Assembly: GCA_036511765.1 (NCBI GenBank)
Contig: DATCBR010000042.1
Coordinates: 1 to 34,508 of the forward strand
Length of the DNA stretch: 34,508 nt
Direction of reading: 5' to 3'
Origin: Acidobacteriaceae bacterium
GTDB taxonomy: Bacteria; Acidobacteriota; Terriglobia; Terriglobales; Acidobacteriaceae
Part shown: positions 25,295-33,983 of the stretch, one piece after another
How the letters are laid out: each line of letters opens with the position of its first letter
Position numbering within the stretch: position 1 is the stretch's first letter
Notes under the pieces: generated by a model
The model's database searches: none
What the model saw: only the letters and a program-made list of their open reading frames with translations
Told to the model about the DNA's origin: nothing
Made by a program: the position numbers and the translations under genes

Positions 25295-25321
25295 CCAACA
25301 TGGCCATTATAGCCATGTTGG
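25295..25321 (-). promoter_or_regulatory. TA operator palindrome centred on the -10 box
   Basis: Minus strand CCAACATGGC-TATAATG-GCCATGTTGG: 10-bp perfect inverted repeat enclosing TATAAT. Confidence 0.75.
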
Positions 25322-25376
25322 CAGTTCCGTCCCTTGCTGCCCGATCCGTGCGCGCGCACCAGCCTTGACCTAGAAC

Positions 25377-28193
25377 CTAGAAGTGATAGGCCACCTCGCC
25401 CGTAATCGCCCGCGGACTCACAAAGTGCGTGCCTGAGAACGTCGACAGGAAGTTGTACAGTGTCACCTTGTTCAGCAGGTTCACCACCGTCAGCGAGGCC
25501 GACAGCGTCCGCTTGTCCGCGGTCTTTTTGCGCAGCAGGTTGTCGTCGCCGATGGTCAGGTCGAACAGGTTGCGCGAGGCAATGCGCGCCGGGTTCCGAT
25601 CATCATTCTGCGTGTTCGGCGCCACCAGCTTCAGCAGCGATGAGCTGAACTGCGACACCAGGCACCCATTCGCCGCCGCGCCCGAGACCGGCACGCCCAG
25701 CAGATTGCTTCCCGTCGCCCGGATGCCATTGCATGCCAGCCCGGCCTGCGCCTCCTGGTCCGCTGTAAACGGGACGCCGGTGGCATCTTCCATCAGCACA
25801 GCCGGCTGCCCGCCAATTGTCGTTGTCTGCGCGCAGTCGTTCTGCGCCAGCGTACCGTAGCACGGCGCCGCACCCGCCACCTGCCCTGAGTCATACCGCC
25901 AGTTGAACCCGACGTATGGCCCGCGAGAGCCGATCTGATACTGCGCATGCGTCGATGTGTTGAAGCGCTCGTCATGATCGATACGAAACGGAGTATGTCC
26001 CACTCCGGGCGGCGTCGGCACCGTACCCAGGCCGCTGGTCTGCGGCGCAAAGAAACGCGCCGCCACTGAACTGAAGACCACCTGCGCCGAGAAGTGGCGC
26101 ACCGCCGGAATCTCCAGCCGCCCATCGAATCCCGGAATCTTCGAGCTGTACCATCCGATGGGGAACGTGATCGGCGTCGCGCCCAGCACGGCAAAGTCAA
26201 ACGCGTTGTGCGTGTACTTCCACGCGTAATCAGCGGACAACACCATGTGCCGCGTGATCTGCTGCTGAAAGCCCGCATGGAAGTCGTTGCGATAGCCCGG
26301 CCGCACCGGCACCGGGGTCCCCGGCGGACACTGCAGCAGCGCCGACAGCACCGCATAGTCGCAGCCCCGCGAGCTGATCACCAGGTTCTCATTGAACGGC
26401 GACTCCAGCGTCCGCGCATACGAGACGCGCAGCGACGTCCCCGTGCGCTTCACGCTGTAGCTCAGCGCCAGCCGCGGCTCTACCTGGCTTGCGGCCGTCA
26501 ACCCGTTGTAGCGGTCGAAGCGCAGCCCCATATTACCGGTCCAGTTGCCAAACTTGATCGCGTCCTGTGCGTAAGCCGCAAACTCCTTCACTACCGTGTG
26601 TCCGTGGAACGGATACAGTCCGCCGCCGCGCGTCAGGTCATACGGATACAGCGTCGCGCAGTCCGTCCCCAGGATCGGAACCCCCGCAACCATACACCCC
26701 AGGCCATCCAGCAGTGTCGGCGCAACGATCCCCAGTTGGAAGTTCTCATTCAGAAACGTCTGCTCATAACTCACGCCCGCCTTCACGTTGTGCGCGCCAT
26801 GCGCATATGTCACGTTGGTCAGCAGCCCTGTATTCGCCAGCGTGCGCTGCTGCGCAATCGACTCTTGCTGCAGGTCCGGCGCGCCCAGATCGGCGAACGG
26901 GTTCTTGCTTGGATAGTAATGAAAGTTGTCGCGCCGGAAGAAATAGTCCGCGGTAAACACCGTCGACGCGTTCACGATGCGCGTGTAGCTGGGCGAGACA
27001 TTCACCGTCTGGATCTGCGCCCGCTGGTCCGATGGCCCCACCGGCTGGCCGTTCGGCCCCACCGGGACACCTGCCGAATTCACCGGCCACTGCGTCGCAT
27101 ACTGCTGATCGTAGGTGTTCGGCGTCTGGAACCAGGACCGCGTATAGCCCAGGTTCAGCTTCACCGAATCCGTATTCGTCATCTGGTCGTCGACGCGATC
27201 AAAGAAGTTCTCCTCGTTGCCTTTGTCGTGCACCGCGTGGAACTCCGGCGGGTCGAGGAACCGCCCTGTATTCATTCCGCTGATAGAGAGAAAGTTCCCC
27301 ACCTTCTCCGATCCATCGGCGATGTTGAACCCCACGGTCGACGACCCGAAGCTGCCGTACGATGCCGTCACCTCGCCATGCGGTTGCGAGTTGCCCAATC
27401 CGCTCCGCGTCGTCGCCACAATCACCAGCGACGTCTTGCCGCCATACTCCGCCGGCGGCGCACCCGGGATCACCTCAATCGACTGCACCGAATCCAGCGG
27501 AATCTGGTTTGAGAAGACCTTCGATTGCTGGTCCGTGATCGGCTGCCCATCCACCGAAAATGAGTTGGAGGCATGGTCGCCCATGCCATGCAGCATGCCG
27601 TTCGAATCCGAAGACACGCCCGGAGAGGTCTGCGTCACTACCGCGGACACCGAACCCGACCCGCCCTCCAGCGGAATCTTCTCAAACAGCCCTCGGTCGA
27701 CGTCCGTGTGTTCCACCGGGTCCGTCTCAATCAGGTCGCCGCTGCTTGCCGTCACGTTCACCGTCTCCGTGGCTGTGCCAACGGCGAGAGCCACATTCAC
27801 CGTCACCGGCACAAAGGACTGCACCTCCACCGTCTGCGTCGCGGGAGCCAGCGTGGCCGCGGTCGTGGTCAGCTTGTAGGTGTTGAACGGGACATTGCCA
27901 ATGCTGTAGCTGCCTGCGCCGTCGCTGGTCACCGTGCGGGAAAATCCGCTTACCGCATTCGAAATCGTCACGGTCGCATTGGGGACCAGAGCGCCGGTCG
28001 CGTCCGTTACCGTACCCGCGACCGTCCCTGCATTTCCAGTGGATTGACTGCGCGAGGCAGGCGTGCGTTGCACGCTGGGCCGCCTCTGCGGCGCATTCTG
28101 GGTCTGCGCTGTGATTGCGCCCGCCGTGCTCAACACGACTGCGGCTGCACACACAGCCGCGCATCGCCAACCTGGATAAATCGACATCTGCAT
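25377..28193 (-). CDS. TonB-dependent receptor
   Basis: Signal peptide, GTVTDATGALVPNATVT, plug region VDGQPITDQ...IEVIPG..PAEYG, and terminal YHF. Start 28193 or 28229. Confidence 0.9.
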   Translation of the reverse strand: MQMSIYPGWRCAAVCAAAVVLSTAGAITAQTQNAPQRRPSVQRTPASRSQSTGNAGTVAGTVTDATGALVPNATVTISNAVSGFSRTVTSDGAGSYSIGNVPFNTYKLTTTAATLAPATQTVEVQSFVPVTVNVALAVGTATETVNVTASSGDLIETDPVEHTDVDRGLFEKIPLEGGSGSVSAVVTQTSPGVSSDSNGMLHGMGDHASNSFSVDGQPITDQQSKVFSNQIPLDSVQSIEVIPGAPPAEYGGKTSLVIVATTRSGLGNSQPHGEVTASYGSFGSSTVGFNIADGSEKVGNFLSISGMNTGRFLDPPEFHAVHDKGNEENFFDRVDDQMTNTDSVKLNLGYTRSWFQTPNTYDQQYATQWPVNSAGVPVGPNGQPVGPSDQRAQIQTVNVSPSYTRIVNASTVFTADYFFRRDNFHYYPSKNPFADLGAPDLQQESIAQQRTLANTGLLTNVTYAHGAHNVKAGVSYEQTFLNENFQLGIVAPTLLDGLGCMVAGVPILGTDCATLYPYDLTRGGGLYPFHGHTVVKEFAAYAQDAIKFGNWTGNMGLRFDRYNGLTAASQVEPRLALSYSVKRTGTSLRVSYARTLESPFNENLVISSRGCDYAVLSALLQCPPGTPVPVRPGYRNDFHAGFQQQITRHMVLSADYAWKYTHNAFDFAVLGATPITFPIGWYSSKIPGFDGRLEIPAVRHFSAQVVFSSVAARFFAPQTSGLGTVPTPPGVGHTPFRIDHDERFNTSTHAQYQIGSRGPYVGFNWRYDSGQVAGAAPCYGTLAQNDCAQTTTIGGQPAVLMEDATGVPFTADQEAQAGLACNGIRATGSNLLGVPVSGAAANGCLVSQFSSSLLKLVAPNTQNDDRNPARIASRNLFDLTIGDDNLLRKKTADKRTLSASLTVVNLLNKVTLYNFLSTFSGTHFVSPRAITGEVAYHF

Positions 28194-28331
28194 ACTTATT
28201 TTTCCCGGACTGCCTTGTTGCTCGCTCACTCCATCAGGAGAATTGGAAGCGTCCCGGTGATTCGCGGCCAGACCCTCAGCAAGCGAAGGGCACCCCAGCT
28301 TAGACAGACGGACCTCGATACGGAAAGGCGC

Positions 28332-28649
28332 TTAGGCGGGCAGACTCAGGGCCGGCGGGGGTCGCGTAAAGTGCGGGAAAGCCGAAAGGCGGCTGGGCAG
28401 CTCGACCACCGGCCGTGCATCCACCCGGGCAATCACGCGCACGTCCGGCGCGGGCGCCTGGGTCTGTGTAAGACGAACGGCCACATGCGCCGCCACACAT
28501 AGCGAACAGTTCGCATGGGTGTCAGCGCAACCCGGGTGGCTGTGCGCCGCCTGCACTGTACCCAAAAGCATCACCAGCAGCACGCATACCGCTGCAAGGA
28601 ATATCCTCAGCCAGCGCACTGCTCCGGGCCTGCGGGCAAAACTCCCCAT
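28332..28649 (-). CDS. DUF2946-like leader protein (HxH, CxxC, C-terminal RPPP)
   Basis: TM/signal segment, AHSH, HANCSLC..AH, Pro-rich linker and FTRPPP, directly upstream of a TonB-dependent receptor. Confidence 0.75.
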   Translation of the reverse strand: MGSFARRPGAVRWLRIFLAAVCVLLVMLLGTVQAAHSHPGCADTHANCSLCVAAHVAVRLTQTQAPAPDVRVIARVDARPVVELPSRLSAFPHFTRPPPALSLPA

Positions 28650-28730
28650 ACTCCGCACTATATCCCAGCCCGCCTGAGATACGCATCAGGACGCTGTGAC
28701 GTCCTCAAAATCCGGCCGTAGCCGGCTACT

Positions 28731-29270
28731 CTACCGCCCGCCATTCAGTCCCGGCGTAATCAGCCCGATGCTCTCCACGCCTGCCGCGCGGCCTATGTCC
28801 ACCACCTCGGCAACGTCCTTGAAAGTAAGCGCCGCGTCTCCCTTCACAAACATCGTCCGGTCGCGCCGCGGCGCAAAGATCGCGTGCAGCTGCGCCGGCA
28901 TCTCAGATCGCGGGACCGCCGTTTGGTTGATCTTGTAGACTGGTCCGCTGCCCTCGCCGAGCAGCACCTCAACCACCACCGTGCTCGGCGGCGTCGGCGC
29001 GCCTTCCGTCGATGGTTGGGGGATCTGAGAGTTCAGCCCGCTCGGCGCCTGCGGCTGGATCATCATGAAGATGATCAACAACACACGAACCGGCCTCATA
29101 GGCAACCGTAGGTATACGCGAGGGCTAGGATGGGACCCGCCATCGAAGCGGGTTCCAGGTATTCAGCGAGCCGGAACAGATAAATATGAGGCCGGTTCCA
29201 GCAGCACATCGATCATTGGGGTTACGTTGATCGTCGCTACAGCTTTGCCTGTTCCATTTCCTGCATCCAT
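28731..29270 (-). pseudogene. exbD: Third ExbD/TolR paralogue interrupted by a 114-nt in-frame insertion containing TGA
   Basis: MDAGNGTGKAVATINVTPMIDVLL-[insert]-VLLIIFMM...MFVKGD...IGLITP. The neighbouring paralogue has contiguous DVLLVLLIIF. Confidence 0.8.
29087..29198. mobile_element. 112-bp MITE-like element with 14-bp terminal inverted repeats
   Basis: GAACCGGCCTCATA (29087-29100) and TATGAGGCCGGTTC (29185-29198) bound the inserted segment. No clear target duplication. Confidence 0.7.
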
Positions 29271-29342
29271 AACCTACCCTCCCGATACTCCGGTGGGCGA
29301 GCACTGCACGAAATGAGCGAGCGTTGCAATTTCCCCGGGTGC

Positions 29343-29367
29343 CCCACCCAAGCTCCGCTTGGGTGGG
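29343..29367. repeat. 11-bp-stem palindrome (REP-like or terminator)
   Basis: CCCACCCAAGC-TCC-GCTTGGGTGGG. Confidence 0.6.
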
Positions 29368-29375
29368 TATTGCGA

Positions 29376-29416
29376 TTCCCTGTTCCCTGTTCCCTGTTCC
29401 CTGTTCCCTGTTCCCT
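29376..29416. repeat. Heptamer tandem repeat (TTCCCTG) x5 plus a partial copy
   Basis: Exact copies abutting the exbD stop codon. Confidence 0.92.
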
Positions 29417-29856
29417 TACTGTCCCGCCTCAACCCTTGGCGTGATCAAACCGATGTTGTCAACATTGGCCTCGTGGCCCATGTCGATCACCTCGGCCACC
29501 TTGCCGTAGTCCAGGTCGCCGTCGCCCTTCACAAACATCACCTTTTCCTGCCGCGTGGAGAAGATCTCCTCCAGCTTCGGCTCCAGCGCCGCCTTGGCGA
29601 AGTCGGCGTCATTGATCTTGTAGGACGGTGGAGCGCCCTTGTTGCTCAGCACCTGCACCACGATCGTGCGGTCATTATCCGGAGGAGGATTCGACTTGTC
29701 CTTCGGCGGTTGAGGGATCAGCGTGTTCAGCCCCTTCGGCGCGATGGGCACAATCACCATGAAGATAATCAAAAGCACCAAAAGCACGTCGATCATCGGC
29801 GTCACGTTGATGTCCGACATCGCCTTGTCTGTACCGCCGCCACCACCCATTCCCAT
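29416..29856 (-). CDS. exbD: ExbD/TolR biopolymer transport protein
   Basis: INVTPMIDVLLVLLIIFMVI, MFVKGD..L.YGKV and IGLIT. Confidence 0.92.
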   Translation of the reverse strand: MGMGGGGGTDKAMSDINVTPMIDVLLVLLIIFMVIVPIAPKGLNTLIPQPPKDKSNPPPDNDRTIVVQVLSNKGAPPSYKINDADFAKAALEPKLEEIFSTRQEKVMFVKGDGDLDYGKVAEVIDMGHEANVDNIGLITPRVEAGQ

Positions 29857-29934
29857 AGCGCAATCTCCTTATACTTCTCGCGCCCGAACGGCGCGTCAAA
29901 ACTCAAACTCTGCGGCGTTCGCCGCCCCGAACCT

Positions 29935-30363
29935 TTACTGCTCTTTCTTGTCCGTCAGCAGGATCAGATTGCTGACGCCCGCGGCGCGGATCTGGTCCAC
30001 CGCGTCCATCACCTTGCCGTAGCTGGCCCGGACGTCGGCGCGCATGAAGACCTCTTTTTCGCTTTCGGTCTTGTTCTCCAGCTTGGCCGTAACCTTCGCC
30101 CCCAGGTCGTCCACGTTGATCTTGTCCGCGCCCAGGAAGGTATCTCCGGACTTGGTCACCGCTACCTGGATCGAATCTTCCTTGTTGGCGTCTTCCTGGA
30201 TGGTCGCCGCGGTCGCGATTGGCAGCGTCACGTTGACCTTGTTGTTCAGCATCGGCGTGATCACCATGAAGATGATCAGCAGCACCAGCATCACGTCCAC
30301 CATCGGCGTCACGTTGATGTTGGAGTTGACCTTTTTGCCTTCTTCGCGCTTGTTGATTCCCAT
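29935..30363 (-). CDS. exbD: ExbD/TolR biopolymer transport protein
   Basis: INVTPMVDVMLVLLIIFMVITP and RAD..ASYGKVM. Confidence 0.92.
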   Translation of the reverse strand: MGINKREEGKKVNSNINVTPMVDVMLVLLIIFMVITPMLNNKVNVTLPIATAATIQEDANKEDSIQVAVTKSGDTFLGADKINVDDLGAKVTAKLENKTESEKEVFMRADVRASYGKVMDAVDQIRAAGVSNLILLTDKKEQ

Positions 30364-30517
30364 ACGTTTCGTCTTCCTGTCCGGCTTTCAGCCGCCCAAT
30401 CCCGCCAATTCGTTCGGGAGGCCCGTCCGCCTCCGAGGCCGCTCGCTTGCGGCCCCGAAGACGCTTTGCCCGGGTCGATTCCCAGTGCTCACTGCTCCGC
30501 CCCGAAGGGCGGTCAAA

Positions 30518-31258
30518 TTACTGATGGCTCTGCTTGATGAAGTAGTCCACCAGTTCGCTGGAGCTGTTGTCCATCTCCACGTCAAAGGCCTCGACCTTGT
30601 TCGTGAAGTAGTTGAAGGTCATAACCGCAGGGATCGCAACCAGCAGACCGAACGCCGTCGTTACCAGCGCCTCGGAGATACCGCCTGCCACCGCGCCGAT
30701 ACCCGAAGTCTTCTGGGTCGCGATCTGCTGGAAGGCGTTCAGGATGCCGACCACGGTGCCGAACAGGCCGATGAACGGCGCCGTCGAACCGATCGTCGCC
30801 AGACCGCCAAGGCCGCGCTTCAGCTTCGCGTGCACGATCGCCTCGGAGCGTTCCAGAGCGCGCTGCGAGCTCTCCACCTGCTCCACGGTGATCTTGCCGC
30901 CCGAACCGAAGCTGCGGAACTCCTGCAGACCGGCCGTCACAACCTCGGCCAGGTGCGACTTCTTGCTGCGGTCGCCCAGCTTGATCGCCTCATCCAGACG
31001 GCCATCCTTCAGCGCGCCCGCAACCTTGGGCGCGAACTCGCGCGACTGCTTGCGCGCCGCCGAGAAGTACAACGCGCGGTCGATGATCACAGCCAGCGAC
31101 CAGATCGACATGATGAACAGAACAAGCACCACGCCCTTGGCCATCCAGCCCATGTTGTTCCACAGGCCGGTCGCACTGAAGCTGACCGTTCCGCCGCTGT
31201 CCTGTAGGAACATGGCGAGAGACGCATGAGAAATCGTTGAAAGTTGAGCGAGAATCAC
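30518..31258 (-). CDS. exbB: MotA/TolQ/ExbB proton channel protein
   Basis: LATIGSTAPFIGLFGTVVGI and GISEALVTTAFGLLVAIPA. GTG start with AGGAGG RBS. Confidence 0.92.
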   Translation of the reverse strand: MILAQLSTISHASLAMFLQDSGGTVSFSATGLWNNMGWMAKGVVLVLFIMSIWSLAVIIDRALYFSAARKQSREFAPKVAGALKDGRLDEAIKLGDRSKKSHLAEVVTAGLQEFRSFGSGGKITVEQVESSQRALERSEAIVHAKLKRGLGGLATIGSTAPFIGLFGTVVGILNAFQQIATQKTSGIGAVAGGISEALVTTAFGLLVAIPAVMTFNYFTNKVEAFDVEMDNSSSELVDYFIKQSHQ

Positions 31259-31407
31259 TGGGATCTTTCCTCCTGATTGATGAAACGTTGATCGGAACAG
31301 ATCGGCGTATTCTGTGCCGACCGCAAAACCTGGCGAAAATGCTGTCAAACAACTCGGACGAAGCCAACCGGCAATAAGTTGCGCCGCCCGTGGGCCATGC
31401 CGTCTCT

Positions 31408-32139
31408 TTAGCCCCCGAAGGTGAAGTTCACGTTGATGGTCGTCTCCACGTCCACCGGCTCGCCGCTCAACACATACGGCTTATACTTCCACCGCTGCAC
31501 TGCGTCCAGGGCCGACTGCGTCAGCATAGGCGGCCCGCTGACCACCTGCAGCTTCTCGATCGAGCCTGTCTTCGAGATGATCGCGTGCAACACCACAACG
31601 CCCTGCACGTGCGCTGCTCTCGCGATGGCCGGATAGATAGGGTCCGGGTGCGAGATCGCAAGACCCTGCACCACACCGCCGGAGACCTTTATGGGTCCGG
31701 TCGGCTTCGGTGGGACTGCCTTCACCACCGGCGCGGTTCCCAGGCTGCTCATCACGCCGCCGGCAACGCCGCCGGCCGAGCCCATGCCGCCCATGCCCAT
31801 GACACCGGCCATCGGCGAAGGCGGTGGGCCTTCATCCTTCACTTCCTTGATGTCCTTGGGGATCTTGGTCGGAGCATGCAGGCCCTGGTCGATCTCCGAA
31901 ACCATCTTGATCGGCTTCACGATCACCTGCGGAGGTGGGGGCGGGGGTGGCGGCGGCGGGGGCGGCGGAGCCACCAGCGTCGCAGTCATCGAGGCCACCG
32001 ATAGCGCCTCTGGATTCAGCAGCGGATAAATGATCAGGGCCGCGATAATGCTGCCGTTGATGAAAAAGGTCACCACCATCCAGCGGTTCGCCTTGCTCTT
32101 GATCTTCCCACCGGACTCCAATAAGGAATCTTCAAACAT
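31408..32139 (-). CDS. tonB: Energy transducer TonB
   Basis: MFEDSLLES, TM segment, poly-Pro linker and P.YPAIARAAHVQGVVVL...AVQRWKYKP C-terminal domain. Confidence 0.92.
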   Translation of the reverse strand: MFEDSLLESGGKIKSKANRWMVVTFFINGSIIAALIIYPLLNPEALSVASMTATLVAPPPPPPPPPPPPPQVIVKPIKMVSEIDQGLHAPTKIPKDIKEVKDEGPPPSPMAGVMGMGGMGSAGGVAGGVMSSLGTAPVVKAVPPKPTGPIKVSGGVVQGLAISHPDPIYPAIARAAHVQGVVVLHAIISKTGSIEKLQVVSGPPMLTQSALDAVQRWKYKPYVLSGEPVDVETTINVNFTFGG

Positions 32140-32389
32140 GGATAACGCCTCGCAAAAAACTTCTAAAGCTCTTAGACACCGCAGCCGTGCCAAATGTTCC
32201 CGGATGGCATCGCCATCCGGAAATCCCGCAATCGCGCTGCAAGTCGGGGAGCTTCCACGGCCCGTCCGGCCGCGCTGCAAATCTTATACGAAACAATCCA
32301 CAATAAGAAAGCACTCTTCAGTCACGATGCGTCACACTGCACCAAATCCGCTGCACTCGGCTGTAGCGGCCTCACCACCTGGGCTGGGC

Positions 32390-32424
32390 GGTTCACGGTT
32401 CACGGTTCAAGGTTCAAGGTTCAA
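32390..32424 (+). repeat. Heptamer tandem repeat (GGTTCAC)2(GGTTCAA)3
   Basis: Five copies upstream of the four-helix-bundle gene. Confidence 0.9.
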
Positions 32425-32497
32425 GGTGGGTGCAAGCGGCGAGATTCGCTTCCGGAGACTGGTATAGTGGTGGCCTTCGTACCGTAGAGCAATTCGT

Positions 32498-32878
32498 ATG
32501 GCGAATACGTACCGTGAACTAAAGGTCTGGCAGAGGTCGATCGATCTGACGGAAAAGATCTATCGGTTGACTGAAAGCTTCCCGCCTGCAGAGGTCTATG
32601 GGCTTTCGTCGCAAATGCGACGAGCTGCGGTCTCGATTGCTAGCAACGTCGCCGAAGGGTGGGGACGGCGAAGTCGCCGAGAATACAGCAAATTTGTCCT
32701 GATAGCCCGCGGCTCGAATGACGGGTTGCAGACCCAGCTCGTGATCGCCGAGCGTCTGGGCTTTGGTGAACCTGCGGCTCTCAGCCGGGCGATGGAACTC
32801 TCGGATGAGACCGGCAGAATGCTCAATGGTCTTTACACATTTCTACAGAGACCAAAAGGTTCGCGCAGTGAATCATGA
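32498..32878 (+). CDS. Four helix bundle protein (23S rRNA IVS protein / Avd-like family)
   Basis: YRELKVWQ, FP..EVYGLSSQMRRAAVSIASNVAEG and IARGS...LQTQL. Confidence 0.92.
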   Translation: MANTYRELKVWQRSIDLTEKIYRLTESFPPAEVYGLSSQMRRAAVSIASNVAEGWGRRSRREYSKFVLIARGSNDGLQTQLVIAERLGFGEPAALSRAMELSDETGRMLNGLYTFLQRPKGSRSES

Positions 32879-32884
32879 GGTCTT

Positions 32885-32936
32885 AACCTCGCCCCTCGCA
32901 ACCCACTCGAACCACGAACCTCGCCCCTCGAACCTG
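32885..32936 (-). repeat. Degenerate heptamer array (AACCTCG/AACCACG/CCCCTCG)
   Basis: About 7 degenerate units between the convergent stops of the helix-bundle gene and secF. Confidence 0.7.
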
Positions 32937-32942
32937 TCTTCT

Positions 32943-33902
32943 CTAGACCTTCGCCCGCTTGGCCGGCAGCGCTGCCGCTTTACCCTTCGCACTCCGCCAG
33001 TCCTGGTACGCCACCAGCATCGGCGCCGCCACCGCAATCGACGAGTACGTCCCGATCACCACGCCCACCGTCAGCGCAAAGCTGAACCCGCGCAATACCG
33101 GACCGCCAAACAGCAGCAGGCTCAGCACCGTCAGGAACGTCAACCCGGACGTCAGCACCGTCCGGCTCAGCGTCTGGTTGATCGACCGGTTCACCACGTC
33201 TGCCAGCCCCTCGCGCCGGCTCAGCGCCAGGTTCTCGCGGATCCGATCGAACACCACGATCGTGTCGTTCATTGAGTAGCCGATCAGCGTCAGGATCGCC
33301 GCAATCACCGTCAGCGAAATCTCCTGATTCGTCAGGCTGAACGCGCCCACCGTAATCAGTGTGTCGTGGAACACCGCCACCACTGCCGCCACGCCGTAGA
33401 TCAGCTCAAAGCGGAACCACAGATAGATCAGCATTCCCGCCAGCGAATACCCCGTGGCCAGCGCCGCCTGCCGCTGCAGTTGCTTGCCCGCCGTCGGCCC
33501 CACAATCTGCACGCTCGGCTTGCCGTAGCCCGAATCCTTGTAATACGTCGTCAGCGCGTTCTCTACCGCGATGCGCCCCGCATCGTGGTTCGCGTCGCTC
33601 GCCGAAGACTGCGGCAGCGAGATGATCACGTCATTGCCGCCGTCGCCGCCCACTGAGTTCACACGCTGCGTCTCAAAGCCTTTCACTCCGCCCTGCTCCA
33701 GCGCCGCGCGGATGTGGTCCACATTCGGCGCCGAGTCGAACGGCACCGTGATCTGCGTGCCGCCCTTGAAGTCAATGCTCAGCGGGATATGGTGCCAGAA
33801 CAGCATGCTCAGCACGCCGGCCACGGAAAAGATCAGTGAGAAGCCAAGGAAGTACCACTTCTTCCCCAACCAGTCGATATTCACATCGCGAAACAGTTCC
33901 AC
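32943..33902 (-). CDS. secF: Protein translocase subunit SecF
   Basis: IDFKGGT, VGPTAG, HDTLIT, GYSMNDTIVVFDRIRE and QTLSRT. Confidence 0.96.
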   Translation of the reverse strand: MELFRDVNIDWLGKKWYFLGFSLIFSVAGVLSMLFWHHIPLSIDFKGGTQITVPFDSAPNVDHIRAALEQGGVKGFETQRVNSVGGDGGNDVIISLPQSSASDANHDAGRIAVENALTTYYKDSGYGKPSVQIVGPTAGKQLQRQAALATGYSLAGMLIYLWFRFELIYGVAAVVAVFHDTLITVGAFSLTNQEISLTVIAAILTLIGYSMNDTIVVFDRIRENLALSRREGLADVVNRSINQTLSRTVLTSGLTFLTVLSLLLFGGPVLRGFSFALTVGVVIGTYSSIAVAAPMLVAYQDWRSAKGKAAALPAKRAKV

Positions 33903-33952
33903 GTCTTAAACCCTCTTCAATCTCACCCAGCCGCATCGGACTGGCCGTCTCG

Positions 33953-33980
33953 TTCCCTGTTCCCTAATCCCTGTTCCCTG
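33953..33980. repeat. Heptamer tandem repeat (TTCCCTG-like) x4
   Basis: TTCCCTG TTCCCTA ATCCCTG TTCCCTG, 3 nt from the secD stop. Confidence 0.8.
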
Positions 33981-33983
33981 CTT

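Noticed and set aside
29130-29165. Selenocysteine UGA plus SECIS in the exbD insert
   Set aside because: The UGA is in inserted non-homologous sequence, not at a conserved Cys position, and the hairpin does not clearly match a bacterial SECIS. Kept only as a remote alternative.
4644-31207. Long antisense ORFs (e.g. 4644-6332, 9371-11014, 15493-16869, 26094-27512, 30044-31207)
   Set aside because: Shadow frames of well-supported genes on the opposite strand, as expected in high-GC DNA.
31930-31970. G-rich repeat tract
   Set aside because: It encodes the normal poly-proline linker of TonB.
32498-32878. Diversity-generating retroelement (Avd-like gene)
   Set aside because: No reverse transcriptase and no TR/VR repeat pair with adenine-specific mismatches in the window.
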